64,000 bases of DNA from a bacterium. GTDB taxonomy: Bacteria > Patescibacteriota > Microgenomatia > Daviesbacterales > UBA10151. Under the pieces are notes generated by a model. That model ran no database searches. It had not been told where the DNA came from and saw nothing but the letters and a program-made list of their open reading frames with translations. Location of the stretch: NCBI GenBank assembly GCA_021786105.1, contig JAJYNW010000018.1, positions 1 through 64,000 of the forward strand, written 5' to 3'. The position numbers and the translations under genes were made by a program. Each line of letters starts with the position of its first letter. The first letter of the stretch is position 1. Below are positions 1-10,135 of this stretch, piece after piece.

Positions 1-81
1 CCTTCTCTTTCGATATTTTGGTATGAAGGTAAAGTGATAGATATACTCACCAACTGAATGATTGTACTTTTTTAATCCCAC
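1..81 (-). mobile_element. tnpA: IS200/IS605-family Y1 transposase TnpA, 5' part (runs off the window edge)
   Basis: Manual translation from GTG at 81 gives MGLKKYNHSVGEYIYHFTFIPKYRKRR, matching the TnpA N-terminal HSV...YHxxFxPKYR motif. Not in the ORF track. Confidence 0.85.
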
Positions 82-111
82 CTAGATATTTTACCCTACC
101 AGTTTTGTGCT

Positions 112-157
112 TACCGCTTTCCGCCCCGCCCTAAAAGGGCGGAGTTACCAGCGGTTA
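112..157. mobile_element. Subterminal hairpin, probable left end of the IS200/IS605 element
   Basis: CCGCCC-TAAAA-GGGCGG stem-loop nested in ACCGCT...AGCGGT, 30-75 nt upstream of the tnpA start. Confidence 0.7.
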
Positions 158-160
158 ATT

Positions 161-523
161 ATGTATTTTAAATTTTTTATGGTTATCTTTATTTGGGGAT
201 CAATACCCCTACTTATTCCAAAAGATCTAATTCCACTACTTGGACTGCATTTAACCTCTCTTCAAATCAAACTATTAAGAGTATGGGGGCTGATTGTCTT
301 GCTAGATTCACTTGTATATTTGTATATCTATAAGAGACCTCATAATAAATTGGCAAAATATCTGTTGATGTTTAGTGTCATAGATAATGGAGGAATCGGT
401 GTAATGCTTCTGGTTTTGACATTAATTTTCAAACTTCCTTGGGGATTTTGGATTAATATCCCCTTTCAACTATTCTTTGGATATTGGTTCTGGCAGTTTT
501 ATAAAAAAGGTGAGTTTGTATAA
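161..523 (+). CDS. Small integral membrane protein, about 4 TM, unknown function
   Basis: Hydrophobic ORF; ATG at 161 chosen because the upstream extension runs through the IS end hairpin. Confidence 0.7.
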   Translation: MYFKFFMVIFIWGSIPLLIPKDLIPLLGLHLTSLQIKLLRVWGLIVLLDSLVYLYIYKRPHNKLAKYLLMFSVIDNGGIGVMLLVLTLIFKLPWGFWINIPFQLFFGYWFWQFYKKGEFV

Positions 524-546
524 GCATTTGCTTTTTCTGCAATTGA

Positions 547-714
547 TGCAGAGACCGTTAAAAAAACTCGTAGCAAGGCAACCGGGGGAACCGGAAACTG
601 ACACCACGAATAGTGGAGAATTTCCGAGGGGGTAAGCCCCCGTTAACGAGCGGAGAGTTTTTAGGTCGAACATCACTTGCAGGAGTTTTGGACACTTTTG
701 CGACCAAAAGTGTC
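547..714. repeat. Multi-stem structured intergenic element (MITE-like or ncRNA)
   Basis: Nested inverted repeats: AAAAACTC/GAGTTTTT, CGGAAA/TTTCCG, CCAC/GTGG, GGGGG-TAAG-CCCCC, GACACTTTTG-CGAC-CAAAAGTGTC. Confidence 0.55.
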
Positions 715-735
715 AATAAAAAATAGCAAATAATA

Positions 736-772
736 GAGATTGCCACGGCCACTTTGTGGCCTCGCAATGACA
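736..772. repeat. GTCA-tagged palindromic (REP-like) element
   Basis: GAGATTGCCACGGCCACTTTGTGGCCTCGCAATGACA; similar copies at 5469 and 56661. Confidence 0.75.
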
Positions 773-783
773 AAAATAGAAAG

Positions 784-2277
784 TTAGATAACTCTGAAGG
801 ATTCGACCACGTCACCAATTGTAAAATCTACAATTGGATCAAACAGCATGCCGCAATCATTACCTTTTTCCACCTTATTGACCTCCTCTTTCACCTTTTT
901 CAAAGATTTGAGCTTGGTTTCCCCAATAATTTCCCCTTCCCGCAGAAGTCTGAGTCTTTGCCCTTTGGCAATCGTCCCCTCAGTCATCCGACAACCGGCA
1001 ATCCTTTCAACCTTGCCGTGGGGAAATTCGGCAATAATATTAGCCCGGCCAATTACTTCTTCCAATTGTCCCACTTCAAGTAAGGTGCTGACAACTTCTT
1101 CCACATCTTCTAACAATTCATAAATAATATTGTAAGTCCTGATTAATACATGTTCAGTTTCGGCAAGTTTTTGGGCAGTTGGAGCCATTTTGACATTAAA
1201 CCCAATTACAATTGCTCCCACCGTGGCCGCCAATTTAATGTTTTCCTCACCAATATCACCGGTTCCGGAAAATACATAATCCACCACTTTTTGCTCCTGA
1301 TTGAATTTATCCAATGAGGCTTGAATAGCCTCCAAAGAACCTTGTCTATCAGCTTTAATTACCACTTTTAAGGTTTTAGTTTTACCCTGTCTGAGTTTAT
1401 CCACTAAGGACTGAACCGCTTCGGCTTCTTTTACTTCCGGTAACTCTCCAAGCACCGCCCCCACTGCTGGCACTCCTTCCAAACCTAACACCTCCACAGG
1501 AGTTGACGGACCGGCGCTGTCAACTGATTTACCGCTATAGTCAAACAATCCCCTGATTTTTCCCTTAACTCCCCCTACCATAATTTGATCACCTTTTTTC
1601 AAGGTACCGTTTCTAACTAAAATTGTGGCCACCGAACCTTTAAATTTATCCAAAGTTGCCTCAATCACTACCCCAGCAGCCGGAAGAGCCGAATCACCCT
1701 TTAATTCATGTAGTTCCGCCACCAACAAAATTATTTCCAGTAATTTATCCACTCCCTCCCCGGTTTTGGCAGAAATTGGCACCAATGGCACATCTCCGCC
1801 ATATTCTTCCAAATTGATTTTTTGATCAGATAATTGCTTTTTCAGCTTCTCCATTGCAATTTTAAGTTGTGGATTAGAAAAATCCGTTTTACGTTCGCCG
1901 CTAGGCGAAGGCAAGGGCGACATCAAGTCGACCTTATTAACAGCCACAATCATCGGCACTTTGGCTGCCTGAATATGCTTAATGGCCTCTGTAGTTTGCG
2001 GCATAACTCCGTCATCAATAGCCACCACCAAAATGGCAATATCTGCTACATTAGCCCCTCTAGAACGCATTTTTTCAAAAGCTGCATGCCCTGGGGTATC
2101 TATAAAAGTAATTAATTTACCATCATGAGTCACTTGATAAGCGCCGATATGCTGGGTAATTCCGCCATACTCTTTGGCCGCCACGGAAGATTTACGGATA
2201 AAATCGAGTAAGGTAGTCTTACCATGATCAACATGGCCAAGTATAGTTACTATTGGCGGTCTTTGTTGTTCTGCCAT
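784..2277 (-). CDS. infB: Translation initiation factor IF-2, short form lacking the N-terminal domain
   Basis: [40 protein letters not shown] and NKVD GTPase motifs; AAGGAG upstream. Confidence 0.98.
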   Translation of the reverse strand: MAEQQRPPIVTILGHVDHGKTTLLDFIRKSSVAAKEYGGITQHIGAYQVTHDGKLITFIDTPGHAAFEKMRSRGANVADIAILVVAIDDGVMPQTTEAIKHIQAAKVPMIVAVNKVDLMSPLPSPSGERKTDFSNPQLKIAMEKLKKQLSDQKINLEEYGGDVPLVPISAKTGEGVDKLLEIILLVAELHELKGDSALPAAGVVIEATLDKFKGSVATILVRNGTLKKGDQIMVGGVKGKIRGLFDYSGKSVDSAGPSTPVEVLGLEGVPAVGAVLGELPEVKEAEAVQSLVDKLRQGKTKTLKVVIKADRQGSLEAIQASLDKFNQEQKVVDYVFSGTGDIGEENIKLAATVGAIVIGFNVKMAPTAQKLAETEHVLIRTYNIIYELLEDVEEVVSTLLEVGQLEEVIGRANIIAEFPHGKVERIAGCRMTEGTIAKGQRLRLLREGEIIGETKLKSLKKVKEEVNKVEKGNDCGMLFDPIVDFTIGDVVESFRVI

Positions 2278-2352
2278 AATCTTATCTCCTTTTCAAAAAG
2301 AGTAAGCGGCCAGAACTAAGAATTGAGGTCTTGAAGGTCAATTTTCATAGCT

Positions 2353-3756
2353 TCATTCTTGATTCTTTTCGCTTGCTTCTTCTTGTTCTTTAGTTTCTAC
2401 ATCTTCAGCCGGAGCTGTTTCTGACGGTAAAGGCTCGTGATCTCCAATCAAATCTCCCCGCTCTGCCTCCGGAATTTCCTCCATCGACCCTTGCTCTTCT
2501 GTCAGCTTCTCTTTTTCAGTCTCTTCGTCTGCAGATTCAATATCAGCTTCAGCATCAGCTGCTGCTTGCGGTTCAGCCGGCTGATCCTCTTCCAATTCCC
2601 CACCCTTAGATTCATCTTGTTCTGCCTGGGTAATATTTTCCTCAGCAGCTTCTGCTATAGCTTCACCTTCAGTTTTATTTGGATCAGTAGCCTCTGCTTT
2701 TTCATCCTCGGCTGAAGTTTCCTCTGCTGGAAGCTGAACCGTGACTGCTTCGCCAGCTTGAGGCTCTTCTTTTTGTTCTCCAATCACTTCCGGTTCCTCT
2801 GCCCCCACAATATCAATCTTCCAACCGGTTAATTTAGCTGCCAGCCGGACATTTTGTCCGCCTTTACCGATAGCCAAAGACAGCTGAGATTGTGGCACGG
2901 TCACAGTGGCAATTTTATCAGCTTCATTTAGTCTAACCTGAATATCTTTGGCCGGAGATAAAGCCGCGGCAATAAATCTGGCGGGATCATCAGAATAACT
3001 AATAATATCAATCTTTTCCTCACCTAATTCACCAATCACTGCCTGAACCCGCACGCCTTTTTGACCAACTAAACTGCCAACCGGGTCAACGCCATCCTGA
3101 GTAGAAACAGCGGCAATCTTGGCTCTGGAACCGGCTTCCCGGGCAATTACTTTAATTTCCACCGCCCCGGATTGAATCTCCGGCACCTCTAAAGCAAATA
3201 GAGCTTTGACTAAATTTGTATCAGAACGTGACACTATTACTTCTGATCCGCGGTTAGTTTCCCGAATTTCTTTAACCAAAAACTTTAATCTTTGGTTTTG
3301 GTGATACATTTCAGTATGAACCTGCTCTGAGGGAGGCAGAACTCCTTCAGCCCGACCCAAATCTACAAAAAAAGTATTGCCTTCTTGTCTTTGGATGCTG
3401 CCGGAAATCACCGCCCCGATTTTGCTTTCATATTCTGCCAAAATCGTACCCCTTTCTGCCTCATTTAATCTCTGCATGATAACTTGTTTGGCAATTGAGG
3501 CAGCAATCCGGGCAAATCCGGGAGGAGTCACATTTTCTTCCCCATGCAGAATGGAAATTCCGCCGGTTACCGAATCAACTTCTGAGGTAAACTCTTCAAA
3601 ATCTTCCGGAATTGGTTCATTTCGCAGCATCAAATCTTTTTTGTAGGCGGCTAAAGCAGCCATTTTGATCGCATCTAATACCACGCTCACCTCTACCCCT
3701 TTTTCTGAGGCTATTTGATTTAATGCTGCTGCAAATTCTGTTCGTGCTTGTGCCAT
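2353..3756 (-). CDS. nusA: Transcription elongation factor NusA with long acidic C-terminal tail
   Basis: FARIAASIAKQVI, AREAGSRAKIA, DPVGSLVGQKG and SLAIGKGGQNVRLAAKLTGWKIDI motifs. Confidence 0.97.
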   Translation of the reverse strand: MAQARTEFAAALNQIASEKGVEVSVVLDAIKMAALAAYKKDLMLRNEPIPEDFEEFTSEVDSVTGGISILHGEENVTPPGFARIAASIAKQVIMQRLNEAERGTILAEYESKIGAVISGSIQRQEGNTFFVDLGRAEGVLPPSEQVHTEMYHQNQRLKFLVKEIRETNRGSEVIVSRSDTNLVKALFALEVPEIQSGAVEIKVIAREAGSRAKIAAVSTQDGVDPVGSLVGQKGVRVQAVIGELGEEKIDIISYSDDPARFIAAALSPAKDIQVRLNEADKIATVTVPQSQLSLAIGKGGQNVRLAAKLTGWKIDIVGAEEPEVIGEQKEEPQAGEAVTVQLPAEETSAEDEKAEATDPNKTEGEAIAEAAEENITQAEQDESKGGELEEDQPAEPQAAADAEADIESADEETEKEKLTEEQGSMEEIPEAERGDLIGDHEPLPSETAPAEDVETKEQEEASEKNQE

Positions 3757-3762
3757 AAGTTT

Positions 3763-3788
3763 AAAAAAGGTGGGACTAGCCCACCTCT
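3763..3788 (-). promoter_or_regulatory. rimP-leader-like hairpin/attenuator upstream of nusA-infB
   Basis: On the minus strand AGGTGGG-CTAGT-CCCACCT followed by a T-run just before the nusA ATG; matches the GTGGG...CCCAC leader of rimP-nusA-infB operons. Confidence 0.7.
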
Positions 3789-3983
3789 TAAGTCCTTTGA
3801 TTACGATCGCTTGCGCTTCCGATAATCTTTTTGATTATTAACCACCAACATTTTAATCCTTTGCCTAATTGAAGTCAAGAATGAACCCCCTTAAGGAACA
3901 GATATTTCGAGCTTTCATCCTTCGCAGTTTATTACAAGGTATTGCCGCTCAAAATAAACGTATGATAATGTGGTATTTCACCC

Positions 3984-4370
3984 ATGGGAATTAATTTTAA
4001 AAGGTATTTTTTGTATTTGGTCAGATGGCAATTAAGCACGCCTATTTTAGCCCCGGTGGTAGCCTATTTTAAACACTCACCTTCCATTTTCGGCACCACT
4101 GAAGACTGGATCGGTTCAACGGTGGCCAATTTAATCGGCGGCTTAATCTTTTTCTGGGTGGACAGGTTCATTTTTACCTCCAAAATGCTCCAGTCTCAGT
4201 GGGAAATTAAAGAAAATGCTGAATGTGCCGACTGCGGGGAAGTTACCAGAGGCTACCGGCTGGCTAAATCTGCCAATTACGATCGGCTATCTGCCCAACC
4301 TGAGTTCAGATGTGAAGACTGCTCACAGAAAAAAACTGCCCAACTCCGGGCCCAAGGCGTAACGGTTTAA
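3984..4370 (+). CDS. Hypothetical membrane protein with C-terminal Zn-ribbon (CADC...CEDC)
   Basis: Two hydrophobic segments (GtrA-like NLIGGLIFFWVDRFIF) and two CxxC motifs; TTGCCG...GATAAT promoter-like site upstream. Confidence 0.75.
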   Translation: MGINFKRYFLYLVRWQLSTPILAPVVAYFKHSPSIFGTTEDWIGSTVANLIGGLIFFWVDRFIFTSKMLQSQWEIKENAECADCGEVTRGYRLAKSANYDRLSAQPEFRCEDCSQKKTAQLRAQGVTV

Positions 4371-4443
4371 AGCTAAAACCAGCCTTTTTTCTTGAAAATA
4401 TGCCTCAACGATGAAAATGACAGAATTGTCGGATTGTTTTAAG

Positions 4444-5406
4444 CTAGAATTTAGCGTAGATGCCTTCAAGAACAGCTTTTATTGGACCGATAAAAAGCTG
4501 ATCAAATTGATTTTGCTCTTCTTGTATAGATTTCTGTTGATCTGCGTTTAAAGGCATAACAATCTCTCCGCTCTGAGTTGCTGTATGCTCGAGCTTTGAC
4601 AAAATAACATCATCAGGTCCAACACAAGGCATGACCGAGGTAAAGGACATAACTGAACCGACTTGACTACAGGCCAATACGCTGATTTTCAAATCATCAA
4701 AGGCGCTTACATCAATCTTCGTTTTACTATTTGTAGTAATCTTGGCTAAATGCTGCTGATACCAATTGTTTAAATCACTGGAATTTTGAGCCCATTTATC
4801 TTTTGGAAAAACATAAATAGCATAACTTTTGGTACCAAACGGTCTATTTATTTCTAGTGAAATTTGTCTGATGCCGCTACCTAAATAATTCTGCTTGGTT
4901 ATGGCAGGATAGATATTCCCCATCGGAGGAAGCCTATATCCCTCTGAAACTAGTTTTGTTATAAGTCTTACAAATCCAAGCATAGGTATGTTTCTATAGC
5001 TTAGTAATAGCGGAGACGAAGAGAACTTTACTCCATTCGGCAAAGTTATTTCTGCAATAATCTGTCTTCCTCCAATATCTGGGATTACAGTATAAGAAGT
5101 CACTGTTGCTTCCAACTCACCTAAAGCATCTGTTTTATTATTTCCTTGTAAAATTTCATCACCTGGCTGTCCCGTCCCATCATTATCAACAAATTTTAAT
5201 TTTACTTGGCAATCATTACATAATTCTCTACGGCTTTCATCACGATAAACAGTTAAACTTACAGTATAGCTATCACCAGGATTAAGCGCTCCTTTAGGAG
5301 AAACATTAAAAATCACTGGCTCCTCAGCTGCAAAAACTTTTGTAAAGGATGGCAAACTGAATAAAACTAATAACAACATCGTAAAAGGTAAATAAGCTTT
5401 CTTCAT
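4444..5406 (-). CDS. Secreted hypothetical protein, possible Ig-like domain
   Basis: Signal peptide MKKAYLPFTMLLLVLFSL...VFA; KTDALGELEATVTS resembles Big-1 domains. Start moved to ATG 5406. Confidence 0.7.
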   Translation of the reverse strand: MKKAYLPFTMLLLVLFSLPSFTKVFAAEEPVIFNVSPKGALNPGDSYTVSLTVYRDESRRELCNDCQVKLKFVDNDGTGQPGDEILQGNNKTDALGELEATVTSYTVIPDIGGRQIIAEITLPNGVKFSSSPLLLSYRNIPMLGFVRLITKLVSEGYRLPPMGNIYPAITKQNYLGSGIRQISLEINRPFGTKSYAIYVFPKDKWAQNSSDLNNWYQQHLAKITTNSKTKIDVSAFDDLKISVLACSQVGSVMSFTSVMPCVGPDDVILSKLEHTATQSGEIVMPLNADQQKSIQEEQNQFDQLFIGPIKAVLEGIYAKF

Positions 5407-5468
5407 ATTTACTATCTTAAACTCTTCAGCCTGGAACTTCAATTTAAATAATTTAATTAGCTTGAAAG

Positions 5469-5499
5469 GTTGCCACACCCCTTCGGGATCGCAATGACA
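5469..5499. repeat. GTCA-tagged palindromic (REP-like) element
   Basis: GTTGCCACACCCCTTCGGGATCGCAATGACA, same termini as the copy at 736-772; just downstream of the dnaJ stop. Confidence 0.7.
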
Positions 5500-5507
5500 A
5501 AAGGAAG

Positions 5508-6431
5508 TTAAAACCACCCTTTTTTCTCAGCAGATAAATTTTTCAGTTCTTCGTAAAGCTGTTTTTCCTGTTTGGATGGGTTTTGCGGAACCTCCAGATT
5601 GACCCGGACATAGTGATCGCCGTGGCCGCTACTACCTAAACGGGGAACGCCTTTACCTTTTAATTTAACCAGCGATCCGGGCTGAGTACTCGGCGGCACC
5701 TTAACTTTAACCCGGCCCTGCACAGTATTAACTTCAAAGATATCTCCTAACACCAACTGCGGAATATTGACCGTAATCTCAGAAAAAATATCCGCCCCTT
5801 CCCGGATAAATTCCGGGTTTCTGGCCACATTAAAAACAATATCCAAATCATCAAACCTCATTTTGGTACCGTTATCTACCCCGGCCGGCACTTTAATCTT
5901 CATTCTTTTTCTTTGGATCCTGCCATCCGGATTCCTGGATTCAATTTCCACTTCTTTAGTCACCCCATGAATAGCTTCATCAAAGCTCAAGCTTAACTGG
6001 TAAGTAGGACGTCTTCTAAATTGTTGGCCAAAAGGGGAGCCGCCACCAAAAATTTGGGAAAATAATTCAAATGGGTCTTCAAACCCACCAAAATCCCCAC
6101 CAAAAGGATTTCCGCCACTGGAAGACCAAGAATATGTTTGCCAACCACCCCCGCCTCCAAATGGATTACCTCCTCCAAAAGGCCCACCCGCTCCGGCACC
6201 ACCACGATCAAATGCCGCTTGGCCAAATTGATCATAAGCTCCCTTTTTCTGCGAGTCGGATAAAACTTGGTAAGCCTCAGAAATTTCTTTGAATTTTTCC
6301 GCTGCTCCGGCAGCTTTATCTATATCCGGGTGATGTTTCCGGGCCAATTTCCGGTAGGCAGACTTAATCTCCGCCTCCGAAGCGTTTTTAGTAATACCCA
6401 AAACTTCGTAGTAATCTCTTTTTGCAGCCAT
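5508..6431 (-). CDS. dnaJ: DnaJ co-chaperone, class B (J domain, G/F linker, CTD, no Zn finger)
   Basis: [12 protein letters not shown] motif, G/F-rich region, KGKGVP...GDHYV; no CxxCxGxG repeats. Confidence 0.93.
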   Translation of the reverse strand: MAAKRDYYEVLGITKNASEAEIKSAYRKLARKHHPDIDKAAGAAEKFKEISEAYQVLSDSQKKGAYDQFGQAAFDRGGAGAGGPFGGGNPFGGGGGWQTYSWSSSGGNPFGGDFGGFEDPFELFSQIFGGGSPFGQQFRRRPTYQLSLSFDEAIHGVTKEVEIESRNPDGRIQRKRMKIKVPAGVDNGTKMRFDDLDIVFNVARNPEFIREGADIFSEITVNIPQLVLGDIFEVNTVQGRVKVKVPPSTQPGSLVKLKGKGVPRLGSSGHGDHYVRVNLEVPQNPSKQEKQLYEELKNLSAEKKGWF

Positions 6432-6476
6432 AATTAATCTCCGGATTGTCTATTATACATTGTACATCTTATATTT

Positions 6477-6500
6477 AAAAAAGCCCCGGTCTCCCGAGGC
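6477..6500 (-). terminator. Intrinsic terminator between the dnaK-orphan unit and dnaJ
   Basis: Minus strand GCCTCGG-GAGA-CCGGGGC followed by TTTTTT; a TATAAT box follows before dnaJ. Confidence 0.7.
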
Positions 6501-6529
6501 AAACATTCACTTCTTCATTCAAATTTCAT

Positions 6530-6799
6530 TTATCGTCTTCTGTTTTCTAAGTCCGCAACGACCTGCGCTAACTCAGCATAACCCTTGTTATTAATCTTTA
6601 TTTGCTCGGGCGGGAGCGGTTTGTATGTTGTTCTTCGGAACTCCTCTATAACGCTTGGTAAAACATCTCCAAGTCTGTGCGTCCTATTTGTTCTTTTCCC
6701 AAATTGTCTGAGCCGGATCTGGTCGTAAGTCCGATGGATACACTCCTCAGGCTCTTCAGTAGCAATTCTTTCTTCCGGAGCAATCTCTCTAGTAATCAT
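6530..6799 (-). CDS. Orphan hypothetical protein coupled to dnaK
   Basis: 89-aa ORF whose ATG overlaps the dnaK stop (TAATG). Confidence 0.65.
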   Translation of the reverse strand: MITREIAPEERIATEEPEECIHRTYDQIRLRQFGKRTNRTHRLGDVLPSVIEEFRRTTYKPLPPEQIKINNKGYAELAQVVADLENRRR

Positions 6800-8715
6800 T
6801 ATTTCTTCTCTTCTTCCACCACTTCTCCTTCAACCGCTTCTTCTTTTTTTGGTCCGGCTTCACCGGATTCGCCTTGAGTCTGTTCACCAGCTGGCTGCTC
6901 TCCGCCGGGCTGTCCCTGACCTGGTTGCTGATACATAGCTGCCCCCACTTTTTGCAAAGTCTCTGACAAAACTTCCATCTTCGGTTTTAAATCTTCAGGC
7001 GAAGCGGTTTGGATCACACCTTTGAGGTCATTTAGCTTTTGTTCTACATCGGTCCTAACATCCGCAGAGATCTTATCGCCGGCATCTTTTAAAGTACGTT
7101 CTGCAGTAAATACTAAAGTATCAGCCTGATTCCGGATCTCTACTGCCTCTTTTTTCTTCTTATCTTCCTCAGCATGAGCTTCTGCCTCTTTAGTCATCTT
7201 TTCCACTTCTTCCTTGGATAGACCGGTGGAACCGGAAATAGTAATCTTTTGCTCTTTGCCAGTGGCTTTATCTTTGGCTGACACATTCAAAATCCCATTA
7301 GCATCAATATCAAAAGTCACCTCAATTTGCGGCACACCACGGGGAGCTGGTGGAATCCCGTCTAAAGTAAACCTGCCCAAAGATTTATTATCTGCCGCCA
7401 TTTCCCGCTCGCCTTGCAAAACATTAATTTCCACGGCCGGCTGGTTGTCAGCAGCAGTTGAAAAAACTTCTGATTTGGAAGTCGGGATGGTGGTATTTCT
7501 GGCAATCAACGCCGTTCTAACCCCGCCTAAAGTTTCAATACCTAAAGTCAGGGGAGTCACATCCAATAGTAATACGTCTTTAACTTCCCCGCCTAATACT
7601 CCGCCCTGAATAGCTGCACCAACTGCCACCACTTCATCCGGGTTAATTCCTTTATGCGGTTCTTTACCGAAAAAGTCTTGGACGGCTTTTTGCACTGACG
7701 GCATCCGGGTCATTCCTCCCACCAATACCACCTCATTAATTTGTTTGGCCTCTAGCTTGGCGTCTTTTGAAGCTGCTTTCACCGCCTCAAAGGATTTATC
7801 AATCAAAGGCTTAACCATCGCTTCCAGCTTGGCTCGGGACAGCTTCGTTTCTAAATGTTTTGGTCCGGAAGAATCAGCAGTAATAAACGGTATGGAAATT
7901 TCTGCCTCCATTGAGGAAGAAAGCTCAATTTTGGCCTTTTCCGCCGCATCCCGCAGTCTTTGCAAAGCCTGCCGGTCACTCTTTAGATCAACCCCCTGCT
8001 CTTTTTTAAACTCTTCTACTAACCAATCGATAATAACTTGATCAAAATCATCACCGCCCAGATGGGTATCGCCGTTAGTAGATTTGACTTCAATTACGCC
8101 GTCACCCAGTTCCAGAATAGAAATATCAAAAGTTCCGCCACCCAAATCATAAACCGCAATAGTGTGAGCGTGGGATTTATCCAAACCATAAGCCAGTGCG
8201 GCTGCCGTTGGTTCATTAATAATTCTTTGAACATTTAATCCGGCAATTTCCCCGGCTTGCTTGGTAGCTTGTCTCTGAGCATCATCAAAATACGCCGGCA
8301 CTGTAATCACTGCGTCGGTGACTTTTTCACCCAAGTAGGATTCGGCATCAGCTTTTATCTTTCCTAAAATTTGGGCGGAAATTTCCTGTGGGGTGTATTC
8401 ATGGCCTTCCACTTCCACTACCGCCATCCCTTCCCGGCCTTCTTTAATGGTATAAGGCAACCATTTCATATCCCTCTGCACTTCTGGATCAGTAAATTTG
8501 CGACCCATTAGCCTCTTGATAGAAAAAATGGTTTCTTTGGGATTAACAATTGCCTGTCTTTTGGCCACCCGCCCGACGATATTCTTAATCGGATTCACCA
8601 CTGAAGGAATTGTATTTTCCCCCTCAGCTGAGTGGATAACTTTGGGCTTGCCGCCCTCCATCACTGCCACACATGAATTAGTTGTACCTAAATCAATTCC
8701 TACAATTTTAGCCAT
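6799..8715 (-). CDS. dnaK: Chaperone DnaK (Hsp70)
   Basis: [23 protein letters not shown] and [16 protein letters not shown] motifs. Confidence 0.99.
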   Translation of the reverse strand: MAKIVGIDLGTTNSCVAVMEGGKPKVIHSAEGENTIPSVVNPIKNIVGRVAKRQAIVNPKETIFSIKRLMGRKFTDPEVQRDMKWLPYTIKEGREGMAVVEVEGHEYTPQEISAQILGKIKADAESYLGEKVTDAVITVPAYFDDAQRQATKQAGEIAGLNVQRIINEPTAAALAYGLDKSHAHTIAVYDLGGGTFDISILELGDGVIEVKSTNGDTHLGGDDFDQVIIDWLVEEFKKEQGVDLKSDRQALQRLRDAAEKAKIELSSSMEAEISIPFITADSSGPKHLETKLSRAKLEAMVKPLIDKSFEAVKAASKDAKLEAKQINEVVLVGGMTRMPSVQKAVQDFFGKEPHKGINPDEVVAVGAAIQGGVLGGEVKDVLLLDVTPLTLGIETLGGVRTALIARNTTIPTSKSEVFSTAADNQPAVEINVLQGEREMAADNKSLGRFTLDGIPPAPRGVPQIEVTFDIDANGILNVSAKDKATGKEQKITISGSTGLSKEEVEKMTKEAEAHAEEDKKKKEAVEIRNQADTLVFTAERTLKDAGDKISADVRTDVEQKLNDLKGVIQTASPEDLKPKMEVLSETLQKVGAAMYQQPGQGQPGGEQPAGEQTQGESGEAGPKKEEAVEGEVVEEEKK

Positions 8716-9178
8716 TTGCTTGTTCCTTTCTACCTACCACTACGGCTGCCGGCCTTAACACTTTACCGTTTAAAGTGTAGCCCTTGCGGACTACTTCTAA
8801 TATTTTATTATCATCCCCCGCCCTTGTGTCAACAGCCTCCTGCAAAGCGGGATTAAATTCACCCTCAGCATCAACTTCTTCCAATCCCTCAGACTGCAAT
8901 ACCTGTTTCAGCTCTTTTACAGCCAGCTCCACTCCTCTAAACCAACCCGATTGCCTATCAGCCTCACTTGCACCAACTAACGCTTGCGCCAGATGATCCA
9001 AAACAGGCAGAATCTTAACCAGCAGCTCTCCGGTACCCCACTTGGTTAACTCTGACCGGCCTTCCGCCACTCTTTTTTCCAAATTATGGTAATCGGCTAC
9101 CGCTCTTTTAAGTTGCGCATCGAGCTGATTAACCTTTTCTTCTAATTCTGTAACTTTGTTGTCTTGTTTCTTAGTCAT
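8708..9178 (-). CDS. grpE: Nucleotide exchange factor GrpE
   Basis: [21 protein letters not shown] and [17 protein letters not shown] motifs; position in hrcA-grpE-dnaK. Confidence 0.97.
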   Translation of the reverse strand: MTKKQDNKVTELEEKVNQLDAQLKRAVADYHNLEKRVAEGRSELTKWGTGELLVKILPVLDHLAQALVGASEADRQSGWFRGVELAVKELKQVLQSEGLEEVDAEGEFNPALQEAVDTRAGDDNKILEVVRKGYTLNGKVLRPAAVVVGRKEQANG

Positions 9179-9182
9179 AATT

Positions 9183-9911
9183 TTAGATTCTTATCGCTTC
9201 ATTTAACAAATCTCTGACATATTTAACATAAGGCAGCACCAACGGAAAGTTCATCCGCGCCGGCCCGATAACCCCAATCACTCCGTCTTTGTTATTGCCT
9301 GCATTGTACTTTGTAAATACAAAGCCGGTCGGGCGAAGATATTCAAACTCCATATCTTCCCCAAACAATATATGGACTGGATCAGACCCGACTGCTCTAC
9401 CAATTATTTCCTGCAGCCTGGGATTTTCATCAAAAAGTGACAAAACATACCTGGCTACATCAATATCGTAAAATTCCGGCCAATCCAAAATATTAGCTGC
9501 CCCGGCATAGACGCTCCGACCTTCTTCATCAATTGCCAATCCCAACATATCCAGCCGTTGAGCCAAAGCAGTCACTGCTTCTTTCAAAAGCCTTTCCTGC
9601 TTGTGCCTTTGAGCCATCATTTTATCTTTGATGGACACTTCAGCCGCCACCGGCAAGGTTTTTTCCTTCATCAGTTCAGCAATAAAAAACTTCATACCCA
9701 TTGATGTCGGTGCCCGTCCGGCTGACGTGTGCGGTTGTCTCAAATAACCCATGTCGGTTAAGCGACCCATTTCAATCCGAATGGTGGCAGGGGAAACCCC
9801 CAAATTATGCTTTCTTTCGATCACTTCAGAACCCACCGGCTCCGCCGCTTCAATATATTCTTCTACGATTGCTTTTAAAAGTGCTTGTTGTCGATCCGTT
9901 AGATCTGCCAT
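9183..9911 (-). CDS. hrcA: Heat-inducible transcription repressor HrcA
   Basis: LTDRQ..LLKAIVEEYI..AEPVGS, SPATIR, QPHTSAGRAPT and GVIGPARMN motifs. Confidence 0.96.
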   Translation of the reverse strand: MADLTDRQQALLKAIVEEYIEAAEPVGSEVIERKHNLGVSPATIRIEMGRLTDMGYLRQPHTSAGRAPTSMGMKFFIAELMKEKTLPVAAEVSIKDKMMAQRHKQERLLKEAVTALAQRLDMLGLAIDEEGRSVYAGAANILDWPEFYDIDVARYVLSLFDENPRLQEIIGRAVGSDPVHILFGEDMEFEYLRPTGFVFTKYNAGNNKDGVIGVIGPARMNFPLVLPYVKYVRDLLNEAIRI

Positions 9912-9921
9912 ATGTTAAGAA

Positions 9922-9958
9922 CTAGCACTAACATATCATGACTGCTAACTGTTGTCAA
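9922..9958 (-). promoter_or_regulatory. CIRCE operator overlapping the sigma-70 promoter of hrcA
   Basis: Minus strand TTAGCAGTC-N9-TAGTGCTAG (9948-9922; consensus TTAGCACTC-N9-GAGTGCTAA); TTGACA at 9958-9953 with TATGTT 17 nt downstream. Confidence 0.85.
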
Positions 9959-10135
9959 GGCCCGATTTAACTGAAGTTATTCCACCTTTATCACACAAGT
10001 TTACGCTTCAACCTTTAGGGTTGCGGGCTAAACTTATGGATATATCAATTACCTGTACGATCGCACACTAAATTGTCATTTTTTATGACATTCTGTCATA
10101 GGTTTGGGCCATTTTGGATATGATATGATTAATTT

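Noticed and set aside
470-818. Short ORFs 470-676 and 558-818
   Set aside because: They run through palindromic repeat DNA and overlap neighbouring genes; no protein signal.
2316-2348. Mini-ORF MKIDLQDLNS between nusA and infB as a second displaced gene stub
   Set aside because: No resemblance to the IF-2 or YlxR N-terminus.
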